DNA of 64,000 bases from Nitrospinota bacterium. Lineage in GTDB: Bacteria > UBA8248. How positions within the stretch are numbered: the first letter of the stretch is position 1; each line of letters opens with the position of its first letter. The stretch is from NCBI GenBank assembly GCA_030754595.1, contig JASLZZ010000126.1, positions 1-64,000 on the forward strand. Direction: 5' to 3'. The notes under the pieces are model-generated. The model did not search any database. It was not told the DNA's origin and was given only the letters and a program-made list of their open reading frames with translations. Below are positions 27,736-36,429 of the stretch, piece after piece. The translations under genes and the position numbers were made by a program.

Positions 27736-27907
27736 CCCATCGGCTATTTACTCCCCGGTCCGTATCTTCTCTTGCCGCGGCGCTTGTGAAGACGGAGTTT
27801 TTTTTCGAGCGATTCGAGCCGGGTCTCGATGTCCATGGTTCCCCCCCTGAAATAGGTGGCGGTGGATGGAATGAACAAGTTTACGTTATATTTTCGTGTG
27901 TGTCCAG
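27736..27907 (-). repeat. promoter-RBS-N-terminus module, copy 3 (inverted relative to copy 2)
   Basis: TGGACA-17-TAAACT on the minus strand (27906-27878), G-run RBS, ATG 27836, A8 tract. Confidence 0.92.
27744..27836 (-). CDS. 30-aa basic peptide MDIETRLESLEKKLRLHKRRGKRRYGPGSK (small protein or gene remnant)
   Basis: Has its own promoter and RBS; first 19 residues are paralogous to the 21212 gene. Confidence 0.4.
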   Translation of the reverse strand: MDIETRLESLEKKLRLHKRRGKRRYGPGSK

Positions 27908-28059
27908 GGAGGAGAATTGGGGGATGAGGTGTGGAGGGGCCGCCGGGTCTTGACCCCGGCGCGATACCCGATAGAATTTTGCCCCTCCGGGAAACGAGAT
28001 TCATGCGTGGCCCCCAGGCGGGGACATGCTCCCGCTTTCACCCGTTCATAGGCGCCTTC

Positions 28060-28842
28060 ATGCTGGAACCTGTAGAAAACCTCCGCTGGGAGATCGGCGA
28101 TCATATCGCCACCCTCACCATCGCCCGCCCTGAAAAGCGAAACGCGATGACCGGCGCCATGTACCGGGGGATGACGCGCTGGCTTTTCGCGCTGGACGAG
28201 ATGCCCGAGGTGCATGCCGTCATCGTGCGCGGGGAGGGCCCGACATTTTGCGCGGGCTCTGATATCGCCTCGTTCGGGGATAAATCCACCGTGGAGCGCG
28301 ACCGCCATTTCGGCTATACCGCCGAATTTTTCCTGGCCTTCTCGCAAATCAGCAAGCCTGTCATCGCCGCGCCCCGTGGGTTCGCGCTGGGCGGCGGAAC
28401 GGCGCTGACGGCGGCGGCCGATTTCGCCGTCGCCGAGGAAGACGCTCTCTTCGGGGTCCCTGAGATCAAGCTCGGCTTCTGGCCCTGCACCATCATGCCG
28501 CCCATCATCCGCGCCGTGGGGGCGCGCCGGGCCTACGAGCTGTTCGTCACCGGGCGAAGGTTTCCTGCCGCCGAGGCCGCCGCGATGGGCCTCGTCACCC
28601 GGATCGCCCCGGCCGGCGGCTACGAGGAGGAGCTCCGGGCCTTCGTCCGCGGGATCGCGGAGACGAGCCCCTACGCCGTCCAGATGGGCAAGCGCGCGTT
28701 TTATGAAACCGAGGGAATCGAGTACAATAAGGCCGTCCGTCTCCTGGGAAAATTCATGCCCATCCTCATGGAGTCCGGGGACGCCCGGGAGGGCATCGCG
28801 GCATTTCTCGAAAAGCGCAAGCCGGAGCGGGAAGAGCGGTAG
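28060..28842 (+). CDS. enoyl-CoA hydratase/isomerase family protein
   Basis: RPEKRNAM, FCAGSDI, GFALGGG, FGVPEIKLG, AFLEKRKP. Confidence 0.9.
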   Translation: MLEPVENLRWEIGDHIATLTIARPEKRNAMTGAMYRGMTRWLFALDEMPEVHAVIVRGEGPTFCAGSDIASFGDKSTVERDRHFGYTAEFFLAFSQISKPVIAAPRGFALGGGTALTAAADFAVAEEDALFGVPEIKLGFWPCTIMPPIIRAVGARRAYELFVTGRRFPAAEAAAMGLVTRIAPAGGYEEELRAFVRGIAETSPYAVQMGKRAFYETEGIEYNKAVRLLGKFMPILMESGDAREGIAAFLEKRKPEREER

Positions 28843-28896
28843 CCCGGCCCGCCGGCGTGCGGCGTCATTATCATCTCATATCGATAGGAGAGAATC

Positions 28897-29955
28897 ATGG
28901 AATCCACCGGCGTCGCGGTAGTCGGAGCGGGAGGAATCGGCACCCTCCGGGCGCACTCGTGCGCGCAAATACCGCAGGTTGACTATCTGGCCATCTGCGA
29001 CAAGGTGCCCGAGAAGCTCGACACCCTCTCCGAGGCCGTGGGCGCGGACATGGCCACCACGAAATTCGAGGAGGCCATCACGAGCGACCGCGTGGGCGCG
29101 GTCGTCATTTCCACCGACGAGGAATATCATCACGCCCCGGCCGCCCTGGCCGCCGAACTCGGCAAGCCCGTTCTCATCGAAAAACCCTTCGTCCTCGATC
29201 TCGACGAGGCCGACGACATCCTGGCCAAGGCCGAAAAAAGCGGGACCGAGGTTTTCGTGGGCTACACCCAGCGCTTCCGCCGCCGCTACCTTCTGGCCAA
29301 GCAGTCCGCCATGGCGGGCCAGCTCGGCAACATCGTCATGGCGATGGGCAAGATCTACGTCACCCGGGCCGTCGGCGAGGCCGTCGCCCGCCGCTCGCCG
29401 AACACCACACCCTCGATCAACACCCTCACTTACATGGTCGATCTGATCCTCTGGTACATGGAGGGGAAAAAACCGGTCGAGGTCTACGCCCGCGCGGGCA
29501 GCTTCGTCTTCAAGGAATACAACCGAGACGATTTCCAGTGGATGATCGTCACCTTCGACGACGGCAGCGTCGCCACTTTAGGGACGAGCTGGCTCCCGCC
29601 CCACCACTGGCCCGCCTACACGGCGACGATGGAGGTCGACCTGCAGGGCACGACCGGCTCGCTCAACATCGACGACGCGCACAGGGACGTCATCCTCGCC
29701 CCGGGCGACGCCATCCCCTGCCCCTACACGCCCGAGCACGAGGTGAACGTCGCTTTCCTGGGCTCGGCGATGCCGGGCGATTTCGCGCTGGGCGAGTTCT
29801 TCGGGCCGATGAAGGAGGAGTCGGACGCTTTCATCCGCCACGTTCTGGGCATCGGCGGCGTCGGCCTCGCCACCGGGGCGCACGCGCGGCGGGTCCTGGA
29901 ACTCACCATGGCGTCCGACCGCTCGGTCAGGGAAGGCAAGCCGGTAAAACTCTAG
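28897..29955 (+). CDS. Gfo/Idh/MocA family oxidoreductase
   Basis: VVGAGGIG, VLIEKP, GYTQRF. Confidence 0.88.
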   Translation: MESTGVAVVGAGGIGTLRAHSCAQIPQVDYLAICDKVPEKLDTLSEAVGADMATTKFEEAITSDRVGAVVISTDEEYHHAPAALAAELGKPVLIEKPFVLDLDEADDILAKAEKSGTEVFVGYTQRFRRRYLLAKQSAMAGQLGNIVMAMGKIYVTRAVGEAVARRSPNTTPSINTLTYMVDLILWYMEGKKPVEVYARAGSFVFKEYNRDDFQWMIVTFDDGSVATLGTSWLPPHHWPAYTATMEVDLQGTTGSLNIDDAHRDVILAPGDAIPCPYTPEHEVNVAFLGSAMPGDFALGEFFGPMKEESDAFIRHVLGIGGVGLATGAHARRVLELTMASDRSVREGKPVKL

Positions 29956-30003
29956 GAGTGCATATACTCTGGAATCTTTCGAGAAATCTAGGAGAACAGA
30001 ATC

Positions 30004-30879
30004 ATGGGCGAAAAACTGGGAATGATCGGACTGGGGAAAATGGGCCTAGCGCTCTCGAAGGAGTTCATCGCCGACGGCCACGAGATGATCGGCTACGACA
30101 TCGACCCCGCGCGGAACAAAATGATCGAGGAGATGGGGGGACGCGCCGCCGCCTCGGCGAAAGAGATCGCCGGGGAGTGCGACATCACGTTTTCCATCCT
30201 CCTCAAGGAGGCGCACATCGAAGAAAACACATTCGGCCCCGGCGGCATCGTCCAGGCCGGCAAGAAGGGCCTCATCCACGTCGAGATGAGCACGATGAAG
30301 CCCGCCTTCCAGACCGGTTTGGGAAGGCGCCTCGCCGCCGAGGGCATCGACATGCTCGACGCCCCGATCTCGGGCTCGCACCCCCGCGTCGCCGCGCGCA
30401 AGATTTCGATGATGGTGGGCGGAAAAAAAGAGGCCTTCGACCGAGTCTATCCGATCCTCGACTCGATCACTTCGAGCGTCGTCCACATGGGCGACAACGG
30501 AACCGGCGCCACCATGAAAGTCGTCATCAACCTGTTCGTGAACTCGTGCACCGCTCTCATCTGCGAGATGCTCCTCACCGGCCAGCGGGCAGGCCTCTCG
30601 AACGACAAGATGATGGAATGTCTCAGGGCAAGCACGGTGAAGGGCACTATGCTCGAGAACGCCGCCCCTCGGATGATCAGCCGCGACTGGGAGGCGCGCG
30701 GGGCGGTCGAGATCTTCGTCAAGGACATGGGCCTCGCCATCGACCTCGCCAAGGAGGGCGGGGTCGAGCTCGCCGTCGTCCCCGCCGCGCGGAAAATGTT
30801 CCAGCGCGCCGAGGCCGCCGGCTGGGGCAAGGACGACGCCACCCGCGTCCTCGAGGTCTACGAGGGGAAGGATAAGTAA
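30004..30879 (+). CDS. beta-hydroxyacid dehydrogenase (3-hydroxyisobutyrate DH / tartronate semialdehyde reductase family)
   Basis: IGLGKMG, DAPISGS, catalytic K..IN, KDMGLA. Confidence 0.88.
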   Translation: MGEKLGMIGLGKMGLALSKEFIADGHEMIGYDIDPARNKMIEEMGGRAAASAKEIAGECDITFSILLKEAHIEENTFGPGGIVQAGKKGLIHVEMSTMKPAFQTGLGRRLAAEGIDMLDAPISGSHPRVAARKISMMVGGKKEAFDRVYPILDSITSSVVHMGDNGTGATMKVVINLFVNSCTALICEMLLTGQRAGLSNDKMMECLRASTVKGTMLENAAPRMISRDWEARGAVEIFVKDMGLAIDLAKEGGVELAVVPAARKMFQRAEAAGWGKDDATRVLEVYEGKDK

Positions 30880-30933
30880 AAATCCGCCTCCCTGTCGCTA
30901 AAACGGCGGGGGGGGCGGCCTCCGGGCGGTGGC

Positions 30934-31794
30934 TTACATTTTCAACAGGGCCTCGGAGTATTCCATTTCAATCCGCAGCTTGGCGTACACTTCTTCGATG
31001 TCCCGGGGGGAGAACTCGAAGGGGATTTGGTTCTCTTCGAGCAGCAGCATGATGAAGTCGGAATTGATGATTTTCATCGACATGAAATGGGCCAGAATGT
31101 CCGCGAAATTGACGATGTGGACCAGTTCATTGTCCTGGCCTTCCAGATCCGTCGCGTGGTAAAAAGCAATGGCCGAGGTCAGCTTATCCGGCAGATTCCA
31201 GCTTCTCGCCAGGAAAAACCCGGCCGTGCAGTGATCGAAGCCGTAGGCATCGGTCTCCATCTCACGATAACGGGGCATGAAATCCTTTTCCTTGTCCCAG
31301 CTCATATCTTTTTGGGTTTCCCGGACGACACGATCGATCGCCAGCTTCCCGATGTCGTGAAGCAAGCCCGCCGAAAACGCCAGATCGTGGTCCTCGCCGC
31401 CGATTTTTTCGGAGATTTGCCTGGACGCGAACGCCGCCGTCACCGAATGGAACCAGAACTCCTCCACCATGATCCCATAGCCCATAATGGATTTGCGCAA
31501 GAACCCGGAGGCGGCGCACATGATGGCGATGTCCCGGATATTGACATCGCCCAGCAGGCCCACCGCCACCTACAGGCTGGAGACCTTCTCACTCACCCCG
31601 AAATACGCCGAATTGATGGTCTGAAGAATCTTGGCGGCGATGGCCGGGTCCAGCGAAACGCATCGAACCAGCTCATCGCGGGAAGCGTCGTCTCCGCCCG
31701 TCAGCTCCAGGATCTTGTGAAACACCTCGGATACGGGCGGGAGGGCATCGATCTCGACGAGAACTTTTTCCAGGTAGGACATACACAAACTCAT
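30934..31794 (-). pseudogene. HDOD domain protein with in-frame TAG
   Basis: LPPVS, DPAIAAKILQTINSAYFG..VSSL*VAVGLLG, FWFHS, AGLLHDIGKL, FDH, WNLP; TAG at 31570-31572 joins two abutting ORFs in one frame. Confidence 0.85.
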
Positions 31795-32067
31795 GGCGAC
31801 AACCCCGGCGAAAGAGCTGAATATTAAAGTATAAAAACAATTGAGTATGATATTACTCTGTATATCCGGACGAACACAATTTTAGAATTTCCATCTTGTG
31901 CATTTTCATCAGAACTAAATTAATAAAAAAACAGCAAGACATTCATAAAAGTATTGGCGGAACTGAAACACCAGTATTCTTTTTTCCGGGCGCGCAATCG
32001 CATTTACCGGAAGGATCGTCCGTTCCAGGGGGCCATGACAAAACCTCCGCGCTATCGGGACGATGGA

Positions 32068-32111
32068 TAAAAAAAAACCGCCACCGGCATCGCGGCACCG
32101 GTGGCGGATTG
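32068..32111 (-). terminator. intrinsic terminator after the MBL gene
   Basis: Minus strand CCGCCACCGG-loop-CCGGTGGCGG followed by a T-run. Confidence 0.8.
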
Positions 32112-32966
32112 TTATGCCTCGACTACCGTTCCGACACTGCAGAAGAAAAACCGCTCCCCGAATTCCCCGGCCATGCGCGCCGCCGTCTTCTGGCCTGTGC
32201 AGTGGGAGACTCCGATGCGTCCGATGTCGAACTCGTGCAGCGCCTCGATGCTCCGGGCGATCTGATCCTCCTCGATGGGGCCGAGGTGGGTTCCGCCGAT
32301 GACGGTGTGAAAGCGTGACTTTCCCGTCTTCTCGGTGATGTAGTTCAGGATGTTGATGATCCCCGCGTGCGAGCATCCGAGGACGACGAACAGGCCCTCC
32401 TCGGTGTCGATGACCACGCTCTGATCGTCCAGGATGGGATCCACGATGAGTTCCCCCGCCTCGCCGTAGTGCTTGAAATTATGATCGACGATTTCGTAGG
32501 AAGTCCGCCGGGGCACCTCCCCGGTCATGTAGATGCCCTCCTCCACCTCTCGCCACCCGGTATCGAGGTGGAAATCCGCTCCCGCCGCCTCGAGGACGGA
32601 CCGCGTATGGGGCACTCCTATGTGCCTCTGCACCTTCTCGTCCTTGGTACGGAAGCTGTCCTTGAAAAGCTCGGGGTGGGCGTGGACGGGGACGCCACCC
32701 CCCTCCGAGCCGCCGCGCATGGCCTTCATCGCGTCGAGCAGCCCGCTCGTATGGTCGAAGTGATGATGGCTGATCAACACCCCCTTCGCGGCGGCGAGGT
32801 TTTTTTGGAATACCGCGGCGTTGTTCAGAAGGGCCTTGCCCTGCCCGGTGTCGAAGATAAATTCGCCCCGGGGGGTTTCGAGCCAGACCGACCAGCCGTG
32901 CTCCCCGATGGCGCCGATATTCATATAGACCGCGTTCTCGCAAAGAACCGTCGCCTTAACGCCCAT
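32112..32966 (-). CDS. MBL-fold metallo-hydrolase
   Basis: GEHGWS, FDTGQG, SHHHFDHTSG, GCSHAGIIN, GGTHL, SHCTG. Confidence 0.88.
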   Translation of the reverse strand: MGVKATVLCENAVYMNIGAIGEHGWSVWLETPRGEFIFDTGQGKALLNNAAVFQKNLAAAKGVLISHHHFDHTSGLLDAMKAMRGGSEGGGVPVHAHPELFKDSFRTKDEKVQRHIGVPHTRSVLEAAGADFHLDTGWREVEEGIYMTGEVPRRTSYEIVDHNFKHYGEAGELIVDPILDDQSVVIDTEEGLFVVLGCSHAGIINILNYITEKTGKSRFHTVIGGTHLGPIEEDQIARSIEALHEFDIGRIGVSHCTGQKTAARMAGEFGERFFFCSVGTVVEA

Positions 32967-32998
32967 GATCCTGCCTCCTCATTTCGGAAGAAACACTA

Positions 32999-33107
32999 GA
33001 GGTCATTTCATAACCTCTTTCGCGGAATCTTCGTCCGTCAAAGGCCTTGATTTTATCGGCCTCCTCACAGGGGTGGAAACCTCGGGAATGGGTTATGAAA
33101 TGACTTC
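32999..33107. mobile_element. MITE-like element, 109 bp, 17-bp terminal inverted repeats, TA flanks
   Basis: TA|GAGGTCATTTCATAACC ... GGTTATGAAATGACTTC|TA with one mismatch; intergenic and non-coding. Confidence 0.65.
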
Positions 33108-33128
33108 TAACCTAGACGAAACCTCCCC

Positions 33129-34796
33129 TTATCCCGTCCACGCGCCGGGAGAGATGGCCTCCATCTCGGTCATGATCTCGACCACGGCGGGGCGATCCGC
33201 CGCGAGCGCCTTCTCCATCGCGGGCGCGATCTCCTCGGGCCGCTCGACGCGGATTCCCAGCGCACCCATCTCCTCGGCGATCCGCGAGAGATTCGGCTGG
33301 GTGAACTTCCACATCGTCCCCCACTGATCGGAGGGCTTCCCGTCGTAAGCCCTGGTGTAGACGTTGATCTCCTGGTTCATCGAGTTGTTGTTGTTCACGA
33401 CGGTGACCGAGTTGATGCCGAAGCGAACGGCGGTCTCGACCTCCTGCATGTGGTACCAATAGCCCCCGTCACCGGTGAAGCAGACCACCGGCCGGTCCGG
33501 GAAGGCGCACTTCGCCCCGAGCGAGGCTGGAAAACCCCAGCCCAGCGAGCCGGCGCAGCGGATGGAATCCCATTTCGACGAATTCATCCAGAGCTGCTGA
33601 GAGATCCACATCGCCGAGTGACCGGTGTCCGATACGAGGAGGACATCCTCGGGCAGACAGGCGCCAAGCTCCCTGAGCACCCGCTCGGGGCGCATCGGCG
33701 TGTCGCCCGAGTTCCGGTGGGGTTCGATCTCGGCCCGCCAGCCGGCCACGAGCCCCTGGACCTCGCCCACCCAGGCCCCCGTCTCTCTCTTATTCACGGC
33801 GGCGGTCAGCGCCTCGAGCGTCACCTTGGCGTCCCCGAGGATCGAGGCCGAGTTCGGATAGTTGCGCCCGAGGTCGGCCGCGTCGATCCCGATCTGGATG
33901 ACCTCGGCGCCCTCCCGCGGCAGGCGCCAGAAGTGGGTGACCTGCCCGCCCGTCTCGGATCCCACGAAGAGCACGAGATCGGCCCTGAGCATCACCTGGT
34001 TCGAGCAGCTTCTCGAATAGGTCCCCGGAACGCCGAAGTAGAGCGGGTGATCCTCGGGCACCAGCGAGTACGCCCCTGTCGAGGTGGCGAGCGGCGCCTG
34101 AAGCTTTTCGGCCAGGGCGATGACCTCGGCCCCCGCTCCCGAGGTCCGCGTCCCGCCACCCACGATGATCACCGGCCGCTGGGCCGCCTGAAGGCGCTCG
34201 GCGGCGCGCTCGACATCCGCAGGATCCGGCCGGGGCCGGTAGGGGGGAATCCGAGTGTGGCGCTCCTCGACGATCATCTCGTGGTCGATCACGTCCCGCT
34301 CGATCTCGCCGTGGTTTCCATAAAACTGAAGGTTCACCGGCCCCGGCGTGCCCGAAGTCGCATCGCGGAAGGCCTGGCGCAGCAGGTCGGGAATTCGCCC
34401 GGCCTCGTCCACCTGATAGTTCGCCTTCGTGGTCGGCTCGAACATCGGAAAGTCGTCGATCTCCTGGTAAGGGAGCTTGTATTTGGAGTTACCGAAGCGG
34501 CCCCCGATGAGGGAGATGACCGGGCTGTGCGACATGTAGGCGTCGCGGAGCCCGGCGGCGAGGTTGCTCGCGCCGATGGTCTGCGCCCCGCACACCCCCG
34601 GCTTGCCCGAGGCGCGGGCGTAGCCGTCGGCCATGTAGGCGGCGGCTTTTTCACCGTGCGTCATTATCCGCCTGATCGGGTAGTCGTCCATCAGCGCCAG
34701 CGTATGGCTCAGCACCGAGGGCATGAAAAAAAACGTATCCACTTTGTAGGCCGTCATGAATTCGCATATGTAGCGCGCACCCGACATTTCCGACAT
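33129..34796 (-). CDS. thiamine-pyrophosphate-dependent enzyme (acetolactate synthase-like)
   Basis: HGEKAAAYMADGYARASG, GSLGWGFP, GDGG...NN TPP-binding motif. Confidence 0.9.
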   Translation of the reverse strand: MSEMSGARYICEFMTAYKVDTFFFMPSVLSHTLALMDDYPIRRIMTHGEKAAAYMADGYARASGKPGVCGAQTIGASNLAAGLRDAYMSHSPVISLIGGRFGNSKYKLPYQEIDDFPMFEPTTKANYQVDEAGRIPDLLRQAFRDATSGTPGPVNLQFYGNHGEIERDVIDHEMIVEERHTRIPPYRPRPDPADVERAAERLQAAQRPVIIVGGGTRTSGAGAEVIALAEKLQAPLATSTGAYSLVPEDHPLYFGVPGTYSRSCSNQVMLRADLVLFVGSETGGQVTHFWRLPREGAEVIQIGIDAADLGRNYPNSASILGDAKVTLEALTAAVNKRETGAWVGEVQGLVAGWRAEIEPHRNSGDTPMRPERVLRELGACLPEDVLLVSDTGHSAMWISQQLWMNSSKWDSIRCAGSLGWGFPASLGAKCAFPDRPVVCFTGDGGYWYHMQEVETAVRFGINSVTVVNNNNSMNQEINVYTRAYDGKPSDQWGTMWKFTQPNLSRIAEEMGALGIRVERPEEIAPAMEKALAADRPAVVEIMTEMEAISPGAWTG

Positions 34797-34999
34797 CGAT
34801 CAATCCTCGTTGGTGACTCCCCGGCGAAGAAACCCCGGCCGGAGAAAGTAAAAAGACTAAAAGATTTTAAGTTAAGGAAATTATCCGCCCCCTCCGGCGA
34901 TTCGTCCACCGCCGGGGAGGGGTCTGGCCCGGCCCGCGTCTATGGTAAAGTGCGGCCTGAAGGATTCACCGGAGATCTCACTCCCGAGGGGGGCCGCTC

Positions 35000-35398
35000 A
35001 TGCGCTATCTGGTTCGAGCGTTCGTGAAAAAAGGAAGGGAGCGGGCGCTGCTCGAGGCGGTCGAGTCGGGCGCACTCGGGCGCGGCTCCATCGCCTATCC
35101 CACCTACCTCAAATGCATGAAGAGCGCGCGGTTACTCGATTCGGGCCAGGTGCGATGGATCGAACCTTGCTACTGCCGGGAGGCGTTCGGCCCCGGCGGA
35201 GAGCTCCTCGAGGAGCTTCCCTACTGGCGGGAGTATTTCGAGGAGATCGACATTCGCTACACGACGACGCTCGAAAAGTGCGAGGGCTACCCCAACTGCG
35301 GGGACTGCGACTGCACCGAAAAGCTCGAAGCCAAACTCGCCCGCACCGGCCGCCGCTTTTTCACGGCCCTCAGAGAAATGGTCAATATCCCCGCTTAG
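35000..35398 (+). CDS. hypothetical Cys-rich protein
   Basis: GAGGGGG RBS, GC3-biased codons, CYC and C-x5-CxxCxC motifs. Confidence 0.7.
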   Translation: MRYLVRAFVKKGRERALLEAVESGALGRGSIAYPTYLKCMKSARLLDSGQVRWIEPCYCREAFGPGGELLEELPYWREYFEEIDIRYTTTLEKCEGYPNCGDCDCTEKLEAKLARTGRRFFTALREMVNIPA

Positions 35399-36429
35399 CC
35401 GTCCGCCTCATCTTCTGTTTCCGTTTTTTCCCGCTCCGCCAGGAACGACTCCGAACGGCCCCAGAGCTTGGCCAGCTTCCAGCGGTCGTGGAGCCAGAAA
35501 TACTGATCCGGCCTCTGGCGGATGAAACCCTCGATCTCCCGGTTGACAGCCGCAGTCAGGCGCTCGATCTCCCCGACCGAGTCCGCGTCGGTGTCTGGGT
35601 GAATCGGGTCGCTGAGAAGCACTTCATACTCCCGCCCGCCCGGTTTTCTCAGGCAGGCGACCACCATGATCGGCCGCCCGAAGGTGATGGCCAGCGCCGC
35701 CGGGCCCGTCGTCGTGCTCGCGGGCTTCCCGAAAAACGGAACGTCGATTCCCTTCATCCCGGCGTGTTGATCCGCCAGCAGGCCCACCGACCTTCCCTTG
35801 CGGAGCGCTGTGCGGAGGTGGAACAGCGCGTTTCGTTTGGCGAGAATTTCCTGGCCCGAGCCCGAGCGCATCTCGAAAAGATGTTTCTCTAGCCAGGGGT
35901 TGTCGAGCGGCCGGACGACTATCGTCACCGGAATACTGGCGAGAGTGGCCCCGTGGGCGATCAGCTCCCAGTTGCCCAGATGAGGAACCACGAAAATGCA
36001 CCCGCCCGCCTCGTCGTGAAGACGGCGGGCCCGGGCGAAGATATCATCCACCCCCTCGACCATCCGGCGGACATCGGCCTCGGCGCTCTCGAGGCGGAAG
36101 CGATAGAGATACTTCACGCTCTCGAGGCCGGTCAGAGCGAACGAGCGGCAGCTCGCCCGCGCCATCTGCGCCCGCTCGTCTCCGCTCAGTCCGGGAAAGG
36201 CGATCCCCAGGTTGGTCAGGAGAATTTTCCGGCGGCGCGGGGCGAGCGTGTAGATGGCCGATCCCGCCAGGGAGGCGGCGCCCCCGCACAGCCAAAGCGG
36301 CATCCAGCGGACCAGGGAAAGGATCGCGTAGACGAGAAGGAACTCTGCGTTTTGCCGGAGAGGGCTTTTGTCCTTGCTGCGGCGGCGTTTTTTGCGGGGG
36401 TTGGAGGCCCGCGCTGGAGACGGGCTCAC
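35395..36429 (-). CDS. LpxL/HtrB-family (lipid A / lysophospholipid) acyltransferase
   Basis: N-terminal TM, HLGNWE, RPLDNP, LADQH, VPFFG, PDQYFWLHDRWK; 4-bp overlap with the upstream KS-like gene. Confidence 0.9.
   Translation of the reverse strand: MSPSPARASNPRKKRRRSKDKSPLRQNAEFLLVYAILSLVRWMPLWLCGGAASLAGSAIYTLAPRRRKILLTNLGIAFPGLSGDERAQMARASCRSFALTGLESVKYLYRFRLESAEADVRRMVEGVDDIFARARRLHDEAGGCIFVVPHLGNWELIAHGATLASIPVTIVVRPLDNPWLEKHLFEMRSGSGQEILAKRNALFHLRTALRKGRSVGLLADQHAGMKGIDVPFFGKPASTTTGPAALAITFGRPIMVVACLRKPGGREYEVLLSDPIHPDTDADSVGEIERLTAAVNREIEGFIRQRPDQYFWLHDRWKLAKLWGRSESFLAEREKTETEDEADG

Noticed and set aside
21140..27907. Integron cassette array, DGR or composite transposon
   Set aside because: No integrase, reverse transcriptase or transposase, no attC-like structure, and differences between copies are not adenine-specific.
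22353..31572. Genome-wide TAG recoding
   Set aside because: TAG ends many clearly complete genes in this window.
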